Shown here piece by piece: positions 40,625-50,297 of a DNA stretch of 64,000 bases; within the stretch, counting starts at the first letter, position 1, and every line of letters begins with the position of its first letter. Position numbers and translations under genes: made by a program. Location: the NCBI GenBank assembly GCA_020353515.1, contig CP070695.1, forward strand, positions 1,829,435 through 1,893,434, read 5' to 3'. The notes beneath the pieces were generated by a model. It ran no database searches. It worked only from the letters and a program-made list of their open reading frames with translations, and was not told the origin of the DNA. This DNA comes from Candidatus Heimdallarchaeota archaeon. Its GTDB lineage: Archaea; Asgardarchaeota; Heimdallarchaeia; Hodarchaeales; Hodarchaeaceae.

Positions 40625-40947
40625 GACTTATCAGGTCTGCTTTACTTTCTCCTTTTATAGGAATTCTCCTTTGAAATATTACCAGGATTTAGCATGAGGA
40701 GAAACTGACCACTTATTATGACACAAAGAGCATATTGAATTCTTATTTCAAGCAGATAAAATGCTTTCAATCGAAGATCGTGAGAAGTTACTGCATCAAT
40801 ATGTTAAAAAAGCTGTGTTAGCATTGTCGACCTCATCAAATTCAGAGGTAGAGGCTTAGACTTTCTTTTAAATCTTTCCTTAAGAATTTAACGAAATACT
40901 GTGGGTGAAAAAAGAGAAAAAGAGAATGGATATTCTCTGATAATGTT

Positions 40948-41361
40948 CTATAGTCCCTCGGGTCGCTCATCCACGATTTTAACGACTTTTGTTCCTCCTC
41001 GCATGAAGAATAATCGCTTAAAATGTGTTCCAAACTTTCTTTTTGTGCTCGAATTGTCATCATAGACTACATTAAGACCCATTATTATTTTACCAACGGT
41101 TTGACCATTGGTAAAGCTGGGAACCAAAATGAAATAAACAACTATAGTAAAAATAATCATAAGCACAAAAACTGGAAGAAGTACTTCAGTATATGCAATA
41201 TCCTCAAAGGTGGGTAATAATTGTTGCATAACAAACCAATCAATTTGGCCTAAAAAAGTAAATATTACAGCCAGAATCACTATAACTACAAGATCGATTA
41301 TGAGAGCGATTAAGCGAGGGGCAATTGGGGAGGTTTCATACTTAATTCGTTCAGTTGACAT
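40948..41361 (-). CDS. RDD family membrane protein
   Basis: RLIALIID, GQTVGK..MGL.VV. Confidence 0.85.
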   Translation of the reverse strand: MSTERIKYETSPIAPRLIALIIDLVVIVILAVIFTFLGQIDWFVMQQLLPTFEDIAYTEVLLPVFVLMIIFTIVVYFILVPSFTNGQTVGKIIMGLNVVYDDNSSTKRKFGTHFKRLFFMRGGTKVVKIVDERPEGL

Positions 41362-41479
41362 ATTTTATCACTTATTTCTGTTCTTTTATTATATCTATTC
41401 AGTTTGTGACTATATCAGGAATCAAATCATCTTATGCGAGGTTTGTACTCCTATTCGACAATGATTATTAAATATTCTC

Positions 41480-41495
41480 GTGTACACTGTGCACA
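41480..41495. promoter_or_regulatory. Operator-like 16-mer, copy B (GTGTACACTGTGCACA), just downstream of a TATA-like box
   Basis: Contains palindromes GTGTACAC and TGTGCACA; follows TTATTAAATA; about 33 nt before the RHH start. Confidence 0.55.
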
Positions 41496-41528
41496 ACCCC
41501 TTATATGTCATTCCAGAGGATGCGTTAT

Positions 41529-41714
41529 ATGCGAACATCAACAATAACCGTGCGACTACCGTTAAAGGTTTTACACGACATTGAAAGGCTATCAGAAGTC
41601 ACAAAATTACGGCCCTCCGTTCTCTGTGCGTATGTGCTGCAAGACAAGCTGCACGAATGGGCTCATGAATATGCAGAGAATATTTCTAAGGAGATCATCG
41701 GTGATCGCAAATGA
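41529..41714 (+). CDS. Ribbon-helix-helix (CopG/MetJ-like) DNA-binding protein
   Basis: TITVRLP beta strand, helix to L..L, S.L helix 2; SD GAGGA 8 nt before ATG 41529; ATGA overlap with the next gene. Confidence 0.7.
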   Translation: MRTSTITVRLPLKVLHDIERLSEVTKLRPSVLCAYVLQDKLHEWAHEYAENISKEIIGDRK

Positions 41715-42460
41715 TTGATGTCATACTCCGTCTAAGTGCTATGGTTAGCATGTTCTTATTTGCAGCTTTATTCCTTTACGCTGCGATAAAATTTTTTAGA
41801 ATTTGGAGAAAATTCAGGGAGGAATCTTTGTTTCATCTTGGTATGTTGAGTCTAGGCATGATCTTCTATTTTCTCATTGTATTTCTTATGGTTGCTTTAG
41901 CAGGGGATCCTGAAACGACCGTATTTTTACTTAAAAGAGTGATTGGTATTGCGTACTCGATATTATCTCTTGAAATGAGTCTATTTTATGTCACTGCTTT
42001 CACAAATAGACGTACCCTCTGGGAAAAATATATCCCGTATTTCTTTGGGATCACTACTGGAATTTCTTTTGCTATCTTAGGTATGAGGGAAACAGATCCG
42101 TGGTTTTCGGTTCTTCTATTAATTGCATACATCGCACCCTTATTCTTGATAACAATTCTTGTTGTTAGAATTGTACTTAGTTCTTATCATCTTTTACAAG
42201 ATGACCAGCTTACCCCCGAGGACCGAGGATTCATCAAAACACTTGCAGGTACAGCTTTAATCCTCTTTATTGGTGCGATAGGAGATCTTTCATTCTTTTG
42301 GGCCGTTATTCTAATCGGGGCTGATCTTTGGACTTTTATTGTGTTACTCAGTGGAATTATAACACCTTTGATACTTGTTCTATCAATTTATCTCATTAGA
42401 GCTATATTTTTAAACATTGAAGAAGCTGATATTGTCTATTTAATGAATCTCTTGAGTTAA
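41711..42460 (+). CDS. Stand-alone seven-transmembrane protein (sensor-like)
   Basis: Seven hydrophobic segments, no cytoplasmic output domain, translationally coupled to the RHH gene. Confidence 0.65.
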   Translation: MIDVILRLSAMVSMFLFAALFLYAAIKFFRIWRKFREESLFHLGMLSLGMIFYFLIVFLMVALAGDPETTVFLLKRVIGIAYSILSLEMSLFYVTAFTNRRTLWEKYIPYFFGITTGISFAILGMRETDPWFSVLLLIAYIAPLFLITILVVRIVLSSYHLLQDDQLTPEDRGFIKTLAGTALILFIGAIGDLSFFWAVILIGADLWTFIVLLSGIITPLILVLSIYLIRAIFLNIEEADIVYLMNLLS

Positions 42461-42496
42461 AGCCCTTATTTTTACACTGTTAAGAAGAGGGTCATC

Positions 42497-42688
42497 TCAA
42501 GAAGTCTGTTTCGAGGGACAATGTGTATCCCCATAGGAACAAAACACGCAACAATCACCTACTTCAGGTTGAAGTATCGCTTGGCAATTCCTACATTTAT
42601 GAAGAACAACACACTGGTCAATAGGCATCTCCAGAGTATCAGCAAAATCACATTTCGGACAAGTAAGTATTGAACTGGTTTTCATCAT
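42497..42688 (-). CDS. GDCCVxC-domain small Cys-rich metal-binding protein
   Basis: TCPKC...MP...C...C..C...L.P..GDCCVFCSYGD..CP..Q. Confidence 0.85.
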   Translation of the reverse strand: MMKTSSILTCPKCDFADTLEMPIDQCVVLHKCRNCQAILQPEVGDCCVFCSYGDTHCPSKQTS

Positions 42689-42758
42689 ATCCCCTAGATT
42701 GAGAGAGGATAAAAAAAGTATTTCTTCTAAAATCAGACTTCATGAACATGACACACTC

Positions 42759-43964
42759 TCAAATCGACATGGAGTTTTCATCATTTGTCATAGATTTTCT
42801 TTCCACATTCTTTATTCGTTCAAGTATTGAGGGATGAGACATAAAAAATAATTTTTCCCACCATGGGGGGTCGACATCTGATAGATTTTGGTCCGCCATC
42901 TTGATGAACAGACTTTTAGCGACAGCTGGATTCCTGATAATAGAAGAAGCAAAATCATCTGTTTCTGCTTCTTGCCTTCTTGAGTACCAGAGACTCGGGA
43001 TATCTATTATAAAAGAGAATATCCAAAAACATAGGCCTATAACTGGGATACCGCTAACATCTCCAATGATTGAAGAATAACCTAAAAGATTGGTAAGAGG
43101 GGAAAAAGTCATATAGGTAAGCAAGAAGATCAAAAAAGTCGTAAAACTTCCAAGAATGATCCTTTTCCAGAAATCATGGTGTTTAAAATGACCAATCTCG
43201 TGAGCAAGGATCCATTTAATCTCATTCGGGGTATATCTATTTAGCATTGTGTCTGCAATGATAATGCGTCGAGTATTTCCAAGTCCTAAAAGAGCAGCAT
43301 TTGAAGTGGTTGCCATCTCACCGATTTTCCAGATGAATGCTTTTGTGGTTTTAATACCTATCTGCTCTGTCATTTCCACTAGCTCTACTGCTAATTCAGG
43401 ACGAGTGTCCTCTAATGGGTCAAATTTAAAGAAAAGCGGGAGTAAAACTATCGGGATCAGATTAGAAAAGATAATTGTGAATAGAATGAGTATTAGCGTT
43501 GCCCAAATCCACCAAGTACTTGGAAAAGTTCTCAGTAACCAATAAAATCCCTCAAACATGGGAAAACTTATCAGGAAACCAATGAAATTTCCTTTGATGT
43601 ATCGAATCAACCATTTCTTATTTGTAAGTTTAGATAATCCATATTTTCTAGATAACCTTGAATGTAAGTAAAAAGACACAGGAAACTCAGCAAAATTTAC
43701 AATAAGGAAACCCACAATAAAGAAGATACCTGTAAGAATGAAAGGATCATTTATGCCAATATTATTCAATAAATTACGAAAAAATACAGTTAATCGGGAA
43801 AGTAGTACACCAATAGAGAGTATGAAAGAAATAATCATCAACCGAACGCTATAACGGCGAGAAGTACGTGTATAGGCAATCGCTAGCTCACGACGTTTAG
43901 GATCAAACTCTGTTATTAGTGTGGGTTCAGTCAGAGGGATTTCATCTAAATTTTCACTATCCAC
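42759..43964 (-). CDS. M48A Ste24-like integral membrane zinc protease
   Basis: NA...G.G..RRII..DT, AHEIGH, SRRQE..AD-like motif, SHPS..ERI. Confidence 0.92.
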   Translation of the reverse strand: MDSENLDEIPLTEPTLITEFDPKRRELAIAYTRTSRRYSVRLMIISFILSIGVLLSRLTVFFRNLLNNIGINDPFILTGIFFIVGFLIVNFAEFPVSFYLHSRLSRKYGLSKLTNKKWLIRYIKGNFIGFLISFPMFEGFYWLLRTFPSTWWIWATLILILFTIIFSNLIPIVLLPLFFKFDPLEDTRPELAVELVEMTEQIGIKTTKAFIWKIGEMATTSNAALLGLGNTRRIIIADTMLNRYTPNEIKWILAHEIGHFKHHDFWKRIILGSFTTFLIFLLTYMTFSPLTNLLGYSSIIGDVSGIPVIGLCFWIFSFIIDIPSLWYSRRQEAETDDFASSIIRNPAVAKSLFIKMADQNLSDVDPPWWEKLFFMSHPSILERIKNVERKSMTNDENSMSI

Positions 43965-44287
43965 CGTAGTATCTTCCCTTTTTTTGGTTCTTTAATTGAG
44001 AGGAGACCTTGATTTATCAAAAAATTAAATTATTCTAAATTAATGTTGTTAATAATAATTTGACTCATTGCATCATTTTAGGATCTTGAATTTCTTTTAT
44101 GCTTTAATTGTGAAAACATTGGTTTTGTCGAATCCTCTTTACCTATGTTGCTATTTTAAAGTTTTTTTATGAATTTGTATAAATTTCATATGCAAAGCTT
44201 AAAATTTGGTGTTTTTTGATATTTATGTGTAATTATATATTATGGTTTAAATGAAAAACTGGATCCTAAGGAGACGAGGTGTAAACC

Positions 44288-47200
44288 ATGCAAATCTTAA
44301 AAAAGAACCCATTGTTAATTCTAACTTTATTTATAATATTAGCTCCATTGGTAGTTGGAATACAATTTTTTGGAGATAATATGCCAATAACAATTATTGA
44401 ATCGCTAAATGAAGATAATATAGAAACTATTCCCATATTGAATGAAAGAAACGACGATATAGAGTCAATCTATGAAAAAGAATCTAGTATTTATCTGAAT
44501 AACGTCTTAGAACGCCTTAGATTAGGAGAAGAGCCAAGTACTTCAGAAAGTGTATTTCTCTCTTATTCTAATCGAATACCTGATCTACCAGAATGGGTAG
44601 AAATACAAAGGTACTTTAAACTAATCCCCTTGATACAAGTAAGTACTACTCTTGAAAATATTCCCAATCTTACAGAAATTCGTCACGTTGACGCTGTTAT
44701 CCCAGTCGGAAAAGGAGTATTAGCAAAATTATCTAGTTTTACGGAGGATTATAATCCTTACATTGGTGAATTCCCCCTTTTATTAAATGAAACTGTTTCA
44801 TTGGTTGAAGCTGAAAATGATAATACAACTGGTTCTGGTGTTATAATCGCTATATTGAGCACCGGAATTGATGAGACCCATCCAATGTTGGATGATCAGG
44901 ATGACGATTGGTCGACAACTGATGATCTTAAGATTATTGATTCATATGATGCATGGGATGGAGGTATAACTGATGATCAAAATGGCCGAGGAACTGCTCT
45001 TGCCTCAATTGTTGCTGGAACAGGTGCCGTTGGTGGTAGATTAGAGACAGAATTATCCTTTACATATCCTTATCCTTATGAGACAGATCCAGAATATGAA
45101 ACCCAAATAGTAAATACGACCATTAATATTGGGACTCAGATGGGTCTTGCGCCTGAAGCTTCTCTTTTCGATGTGAAGATTACTAATGATGCTGGTGATG
45201 CATATGACGAGGGTATAGCAATTGAAGGAATTGAATGGGCTGTTGACCATGGAGCAGATGTAATTTTGTTAGATGATCTACCTTCAGCAACTTCTGCAAT
45301 TATTTCGGTGATTGAAGCAGCTACCTCTCGAGGAGCTCTGGTAGTCGTCCCAGCTGGAGACTTTGTCCCACCAGGAGGTTATGACGATGATAACATAGCA
45401 CCCTACTATTCAATAAACTCTCCTGCTTCTGCACCTACTGCATTAACCGTGGGAGCAACCACGGAAACTAATTCGTTATGGGTACAATCTGAACGAGGTC
45501 CAGTCCCCGTAACGGAACATTCAAAACCTGATGTCGCTGCTCCAGGAGTTTTTATGTTAGGAGCAAGCATTGATTATTCAACTAGTGAAGGATCAAACCC
45601 TGATGGTTGGCAAGGAGAGCCAGGTGACATTGATGATACTCTCTATTTTGATGTCTTTTCCAGTACAGCGATGGCTGCTGCAGTTACAGCTGGTGTCACT
45701 GCGCGCTTAATAGAGGCTTATCCTGGAGCTTCAGCAACAGCCATCAAAATAGCTTTAAGAAAAGGAGCGACTGATCTTGGATTTAACGAAATGGCTCAAG
45801 GTAAAGGAAAAATAAGTTTGTCAGAAGCCCTTGATATCTTAGAGGCAGCTCCTAAAGAAGCAAACAATTTAGTAGGGAATGTGTATAAAAAGGAATTCAC
45901 GGTTCCAATGGTAAATTATACTGATTTTTCAGGGAAAAGGATCCTCATTGATGGTTCCTGGTCTACATCCCCTCTAGCTTTTCCAGGTGGAGGACCTTAC
46001 GATTGGAGTCAGCAAACAAACGGTAATCTTAGCACATTAGGCGTTACCTCAAACTGGCAACATCCTTATGATGATACTGCGAACCAGTACACTTGGTATA
46101 ATGTAAGTTATCAAGGTGCGTCACAAGTACGGATCACCCTCAATAATCTAACAGTGGCTACTGGGGATAACTTTACCATTTATCGATCTTCCACTCCAAA
46201 TGGGCCTCTTACTAGTGTTTATGGTCCAACGAGTAGTAATTTTACTGGGAGTTTCACTGATACGACTACTGATAATTACTTCTACTTTAGATGGGGTAGT
46301 AATGGAGATGGATATACGACTGGTCAGAGTGTTTTTGGAATTTATGGCTTTGTTGATCTATGGTTCTATGCTGATACTACCCAACCACCCGCAGGGACTT
46401 TTGAATTTGAAGAACTCGTTACTCAACTTATTGACCTCGGAGCTGTCGTTGAATATTGGTATGCCAATTCTGCAGATGCACCTCCTACCTCTATATTATT
46501 AGAATACTATGATATTTACTTCCTTGGACAACCACTCGCAGTTGCGACCACAGGTATTCCTGGTGAATATTATCAATGGATGAGTGGAAATTTAACGAAT
46601 TATCTGAATGCAGGTGGTCGAGTACTATTTATTGGAGACTATGAAAATCAATATTATAATGATGCGACAGAGGCTTTGGGGGTGACGTGGCACTATGGTG
46701 GTGGTGGAGGGCCAACAACTGATATTGTGAATCATGTTCTTACAACTTATCCATTTACAATTGAAGAACTTTTAATAGACGCTCCGTATGCCTATTTTAC
46801 TGGTACTGCTCCAACTCTGGTTCAAGAAGCGGGAAAAGCGACAATCAAGTATTATAACCAAAACAATGGAAAAGCTGTATTCGTTGCGGATGAGGATGTT
46901 TTCAATGATGAAATGTGGGATAATCCATTCCCAACAAACCTTAACCCAAGCCGATATAATAATTCTCAATTAGCCATGAACATTTTCTATTGGCTGAGCG
47001 ATATCAGTTATCAGTCTGGAGAACGAGATGATGGAGGTGAAGAGCATTTTGAACTCATTTCTTATGAATATCGCCCAATTATGACTGATGAAGACCTCTG
47101 GGAGGTTGAGATTGTTCTCCAAAATATTGGGAATTTCACCAGTCAAGCATGGGTAGCTTTTGGATTCGATTACACACCAACATCATACACATTAGGTTTC

Positions 47201-50041
47201 GGAGCGATTGGTAACCCAGATGGAGTAATGGATACAGCTGGAGAAGATAATGCCAATGATACGTGGCACTTTTCTATTGGAGGAGATGGGGATATCAATT
47301 CATTACAATCTAATACCACAATAGAATTCTTTTACAATATTTCAGAAAACTATCCAGTAAGTCAGATTGCAATGCCCTATATTGAGATATCTGCCTCAGG
47401 AATGAATCGAGATACAGCGGAATGCCTTCTACTCTTAAATGGTTATCAAATTGGCCCAATATATGAAACAAACACATCTACTGGTGGAACTGGAGTTATG
47501 TATTATCCTATTCACCCTATTAGCAGATTACAACAGTATAATAACACTGTAGAAATCACTGTTCCAGATTCTATCGATTTAACTTTGGAATCCTTCAGGA
47601 TTGTAGGGTACAACTTCAGTAATTCTTTAGGCACTCAACATATTGCTACATCAAATATCGCTCCTAATCAAAACGCAGCCATAACATTTCAATATACTCC
47701 CCCTGATCTAGAGGAACCTGCTTATTATGAACCTGAAATCATCTTCACACCTTATAATATGACTCATGCTCAATTCTCACCTGGATATGCATCTTCTCTC
47801 TTCAAAGAGTTGGCTTTAACCGTCGATTATGGACTCATTGATCCAGGCTATTACAACGAATTTGGCACACAAGTATACGCAATTCCTAAGACAACACGTC
47901 AAGGTGATCTTCCACTCTTGTATGACATTACCCCAGGATCTCTTAGTTCCTCTTCGAGCACTAAGATTGCACAATTCCCAGGTGACATCAGAGTCGACGG
48001 ATTAACCGTGATGAGTAGCAGAATTGTTGATGATCCAAGTTTAAGGTTATCAGGAACTATAACTTCTGTAGCAGGACTTGGAAACTATTCAGAAGCCTCA
48101 CTAGGGATAAGTTCCTATGTGTTGGCCAATTTAGCACCAGAGCTATTCTTACTAAATGATACATGGGCTTCCACAGCTCAACTAGATATGAAATACCTTA
48201 ACCATTCCTCCATTGGTCCTATCCTTCAAGTCGACATCCCTCAAACCCAGTCACCAACCACTCTTAGTGGCACTCTCTCTTTGATTTCAAATGGAACGTC
48301 GCTATATCAAATTACGCTTCAAATAACTATTAGCAATCCTATATCTTCTTTCTTGCTTCTTGATTCTCTAGATATAACACAAGATCCTGGTGGATATCTT
48401 GAGCGAGACTATGATAAACTTTGGGATCAGCTATATGAGATGTGGCAAATAGCGGTTGAAGCGGGATATGATATAGATTCCCTCACTCAAACATGGTATC
48501 TGTATGGTCACCGAACTCATGATGACAGCGTGTCTGCCGATCCTTTCGAATTTTTAGATAAACATGTTTGTAGTGTTCCTCCAGAGGAAGATCTGCCATA
48601 TGAGGGACTTATTGGTGTTGATCTAGCTGACACATTCAATCCAGGGTATTTGGATGACTACTTTACCAGGGGTGGTAATCTAATTCAGCTCGGAATAGGA
48701 GGACCAGTACCAGCTAGCGGTGATCACTTGGGACCTAATTTTATTGCTGATATTGATTATTTTGACAGAGAAGAGGAGATGACAACTCTCGTAAGTGGAA
48801 CTGATTCAATTAATCCTCTCATGGACACAGTCAATCAACTTTTCTACCTTGGTGGAGGTTACATGGTAATCGATCAGGAGAGTTACGATGATCAACTAAC
48901 TTACGATGTGATTACTGGTCAAAATTGGCTATTTAGCGGTCCCATTGTGGCACCTAATCGTGATATAGCTTTCATTTATCATGATGCTGTTTATCCTGAT
49001 CGCTTTGGGTATGATCAAGGGCAATATACCAGTCTCGCACAAACCTATAAGGGATTAAAGGTTGTGGTTGGATCAGCTAGTATGACTCAAAGTTGGTTCC
49101 TTGAACAGACTGATTATTGGGCTTATGGGTCAATGAAATACGCAGCAGATCAAAATATCATTGCAGAAGAGTTCAGTGTTAATTTAGGCAATAATAAGTT
49201 TGTTGAAAACATCTTTAGAGTCGGTGGAAATAAAGCCCCTACAATAGAGTCAATAAACATGTCAACACCTCATGTAGGACCTGGAGATTATGTAACTGTT
49301 CGAGTAAAGGTATCTGATGATCAAGAGAATCCCTCTGAGTTGACTGTTTTATGCCCAGAGAAGATAACTCCTGGAATGAACTACATAAATTGCTCCTATG
49401 ATTCCAATTCCAGCACGTTCATAGGGAGCTTTGCAGTTGTTGACACCTCCTTCATTGATTTTTGGAACATCTATGTTATTGATGATCTCTATAGGATCAC
49501 AGAAGCTGTCGATGGGGTAAAAAGATTTCTAATCCCTGAAATGAACGTAAAACCTGTTGCTTGGATTCCCTTCAATGATGAAATGAACTATTATTCAATC
49601 ATTGATGTGGAAAAGGGTGAATTACTCTCTTTTGCGTTTTATTACGATGATTTCGAAGATGGAGACGCTATTATATGCAATATAAGTTTGGTTTATTATT
49701 TCAATGAAGAAGAAACAGAAATAATAAGTTCAGAGCTTTTTGCTGGATTGGGTCAAGGTATATTCTTAGTAGATACTACTACTTTAAGGGATGGAACTCA
49801 TATAGTTTTTGCATTTGTCACAGACACAGACGGTGGTACAGCAGAATACCAATTGGCAGGATTTAACATCGGCAGAGGAACTCTCTATAAACCAAAACCA
49901 AAACCAGCAGGCATTGATCCAGTCCCAATTCTCATTGTAGGTGGTTCAACGTTAGGTCTCGCTGCAGCAGTCGGTGGTGGATGGTATTTCTTGTTACATA
50001 GACGAGGTATGGGTATCAGAGATCTTTTCCGACGAGATTAA
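44288..50041 (+). CDS. 1917-aa membrane-anchored S8 subtilase homolog with substituted catalytic residues (pseudoprotease) and GATase-like/GIFT-type accessory domains
   Basis: Subtilase scaffold G.GV.IAILSTGI, G.AP.A.L, SPA.A..A.TVGA, S.RGP, KPDV.APG, QGKG. Catalytic positions read S191, R234, D358, A461. C-terminal TM followed by RR. Confidence 0.85.
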   Translation: MQILKKNPLLILTLFIILAPLVVGIQFFGDNMPITIIESLNEDNIETIPILNERNDDIESIYEKESSIYLNNVLERLRLGEEPSTSESVFLSYSNRIPDLPEWVEIQRYFKLIPLIQVSTTLENIPNLTEIRHVDAVIPVGKGVLAKLSSFTEDYNPYIGEFPLLLNETVSLVEAENDNTTGSGVIIAILSTGIDETHPMLDDQDDDWSTTDDLKIIDSYDAWDGGITDDQNGRGTALASIVAGTGAVGGRLETELSFTYPYPYETDPEYETQIVNTTINIGTQMGLAPEASLFDVKITNDAGDAYDEGIAIEGIEWAVDHGADVILLDDLPSATSAIISVIEAATSRGALVVVPAGDFVPPGGYDDDNIAPYYSINSPASAPTALTVGATTETNSLWVQSERGPVPVTEHSKPDVAAPGVFMLGASIDYSTSEGSNPDGWQGEPGDIDDTLYFDVFSSTAMAAAVTAGVTARLIEAYPGASATAIKIALRKGATDLGFNEMAQGKGKISLSEALDILEAAPKEANNLVGNVYKKEFTVPMVNYTDFSGKRILIDGSWSTSPLAFPGGGPYDWSQQTNGNLSTLGVTSNWQHPYDDTANQYTWYNVSYQGASQVRITLNNLTVATGDNFTIYRSSTPNGPLTSVYGPTSSNFTGSFTDTTTDNYFYFRWGSNGDGYTTGQSVFGIYGFVDLWFYADTTQPPAGTFEFEELVTQLIDLGAVVEYWYANSADAPPTSILLEYYDIYFLGQPLAVATTGIPGEYYQWMSGNLTNYLNAGGRVLFIGDYENQYYNDATEALGVTWHYGGGGGPTTDIVNHVLTTYPFTIEELLIDAPYAYFTGTAPTLVQEAGKATIKYYNQNNGKAVFVADEDVFNDEMWDNPFPTNLNPSRYNNSQLAMNIFYWLSDISYQSGERDDGGEEHFELISYEYRPIMTDEDLWEVEIVLQNIGNFTSQAWVAFGFDYTPTSYTLGFGAIGNPDGVMDTAGEDNANDTWHFSIGGDGDINSLQSNTTIEFFYNISENYPVSQIAMPYIEISASGMNRDTAECLLLLNGYQIGPIYETNTSTGGTGVMYYPIHPISRLQQYNNTVEITVPDSIDLTLESFRIVGYNFSNSLGTQHIATSNIAPNQNAAITFQYTPPDLEEPAYYEPEIIFTPYNMTHAQFSPGYASSLFKELALTVDYGLIDPGYYNEFGTQVYAIPKTTRQGDLPLLYDITPGSLSSSSSTKIAQFPGDIRVDGLTVMSSRIVDDPSLRLSGTITSVAGLGNYSEASLGISSYVLANLAPELFLLNDTWASTAQLDMKYLNHSSIGPILQVDIPQTQSPTTLSGTLSLISNGTSLYQITLQITISNPISSFLLLDSLDITQDPGGYLERDYDKLWDQLYEMWQIAVEAGYDIDSLTQTWYLYGHRTHDDSVSADPFEFLDKHVCSVPPEEDLPYEGLIGVDLADTFNPGYLDDYFTRGGNLIQLGIGGPVPASGDHLGPNFIADIDYFDREEEMTTLVSGTDSINPLMDTVNQLFYLGGGYMVIDQESYDDQLTYDVITGQNWLFSGPIVAPNRDIAFIYHDAVYPDRFGYDQGQYTSLAQTYKGLKVVVGSASMTQSWFLEQTDYWAYGSMKYAADQNIIAEEFSVNLGNNKFVENIFRVGGNKAPTIESINMSTPHVGPGDYVTVRVKVSDDQENPSELTVLCPEKITPGMNYINCSYDSNSSTFIGSFAVVDTSFIDFWNIYVIDDLYRITEAVDGVKRFLIPEMNVKPVAWIPFNDEMNYYSIIDVEKGELLSFAFYYDDFEDGDAIICNISLVYYFNEEETEIISSELFAGLGQGIFLVDTTTLRDGTHIVFAFVTDTDGGTAEYQLAGFNIGRGTLYKPKPKPAGIDPVPILIVGGSTLGLAAAVGGGWYFLLHRRGMGIRDLFRRD

Positions 50042-50070
50042 TTTTCTTCCCCCCCTTTTTTTTCCATTTT
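50042..50070 (+). terminator. Pyrimidine/T-tract terminator
   Basis: TTTTCTTCCCCCCCTTTTTTTTCCATTTT immediately after the stop codon. Confidence 0.5.
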
Positions 50071-50297
50071 AGAAAGTTATACATTCATGTCGGAGACATT
50101 CCCAAAGACAAAAAATGGAGTTAATCCGAATTATAACTTGTTTCTTGCCAAAAAAAGGATCTATTATGGGCTATGATTCTTTGATATTTCAGTTGAAAGC
50201 CTTATTATATTGTGCTTAAATCTTAAATATCAGATTAATATTAGATAGATTCAGAATTAGGAGCTGAATTTAACAGTAAATATTGGAATTAATTCTT

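Noticed and set aside
16492-43964. ICMT-like and Ste24-like genes as a eukaryote-type CAAX processing pathway
   Set aside because: They are about 25 kb apart, both families are widespread in prokaryotes, and no prenyltransferase or CAAX substrate is visible.
44168-44190. Imperfect palindrome upstream of the subtilase homolog
   Set aside because: It is almost all A/T in an AT-rich region, so it is expected by chance.
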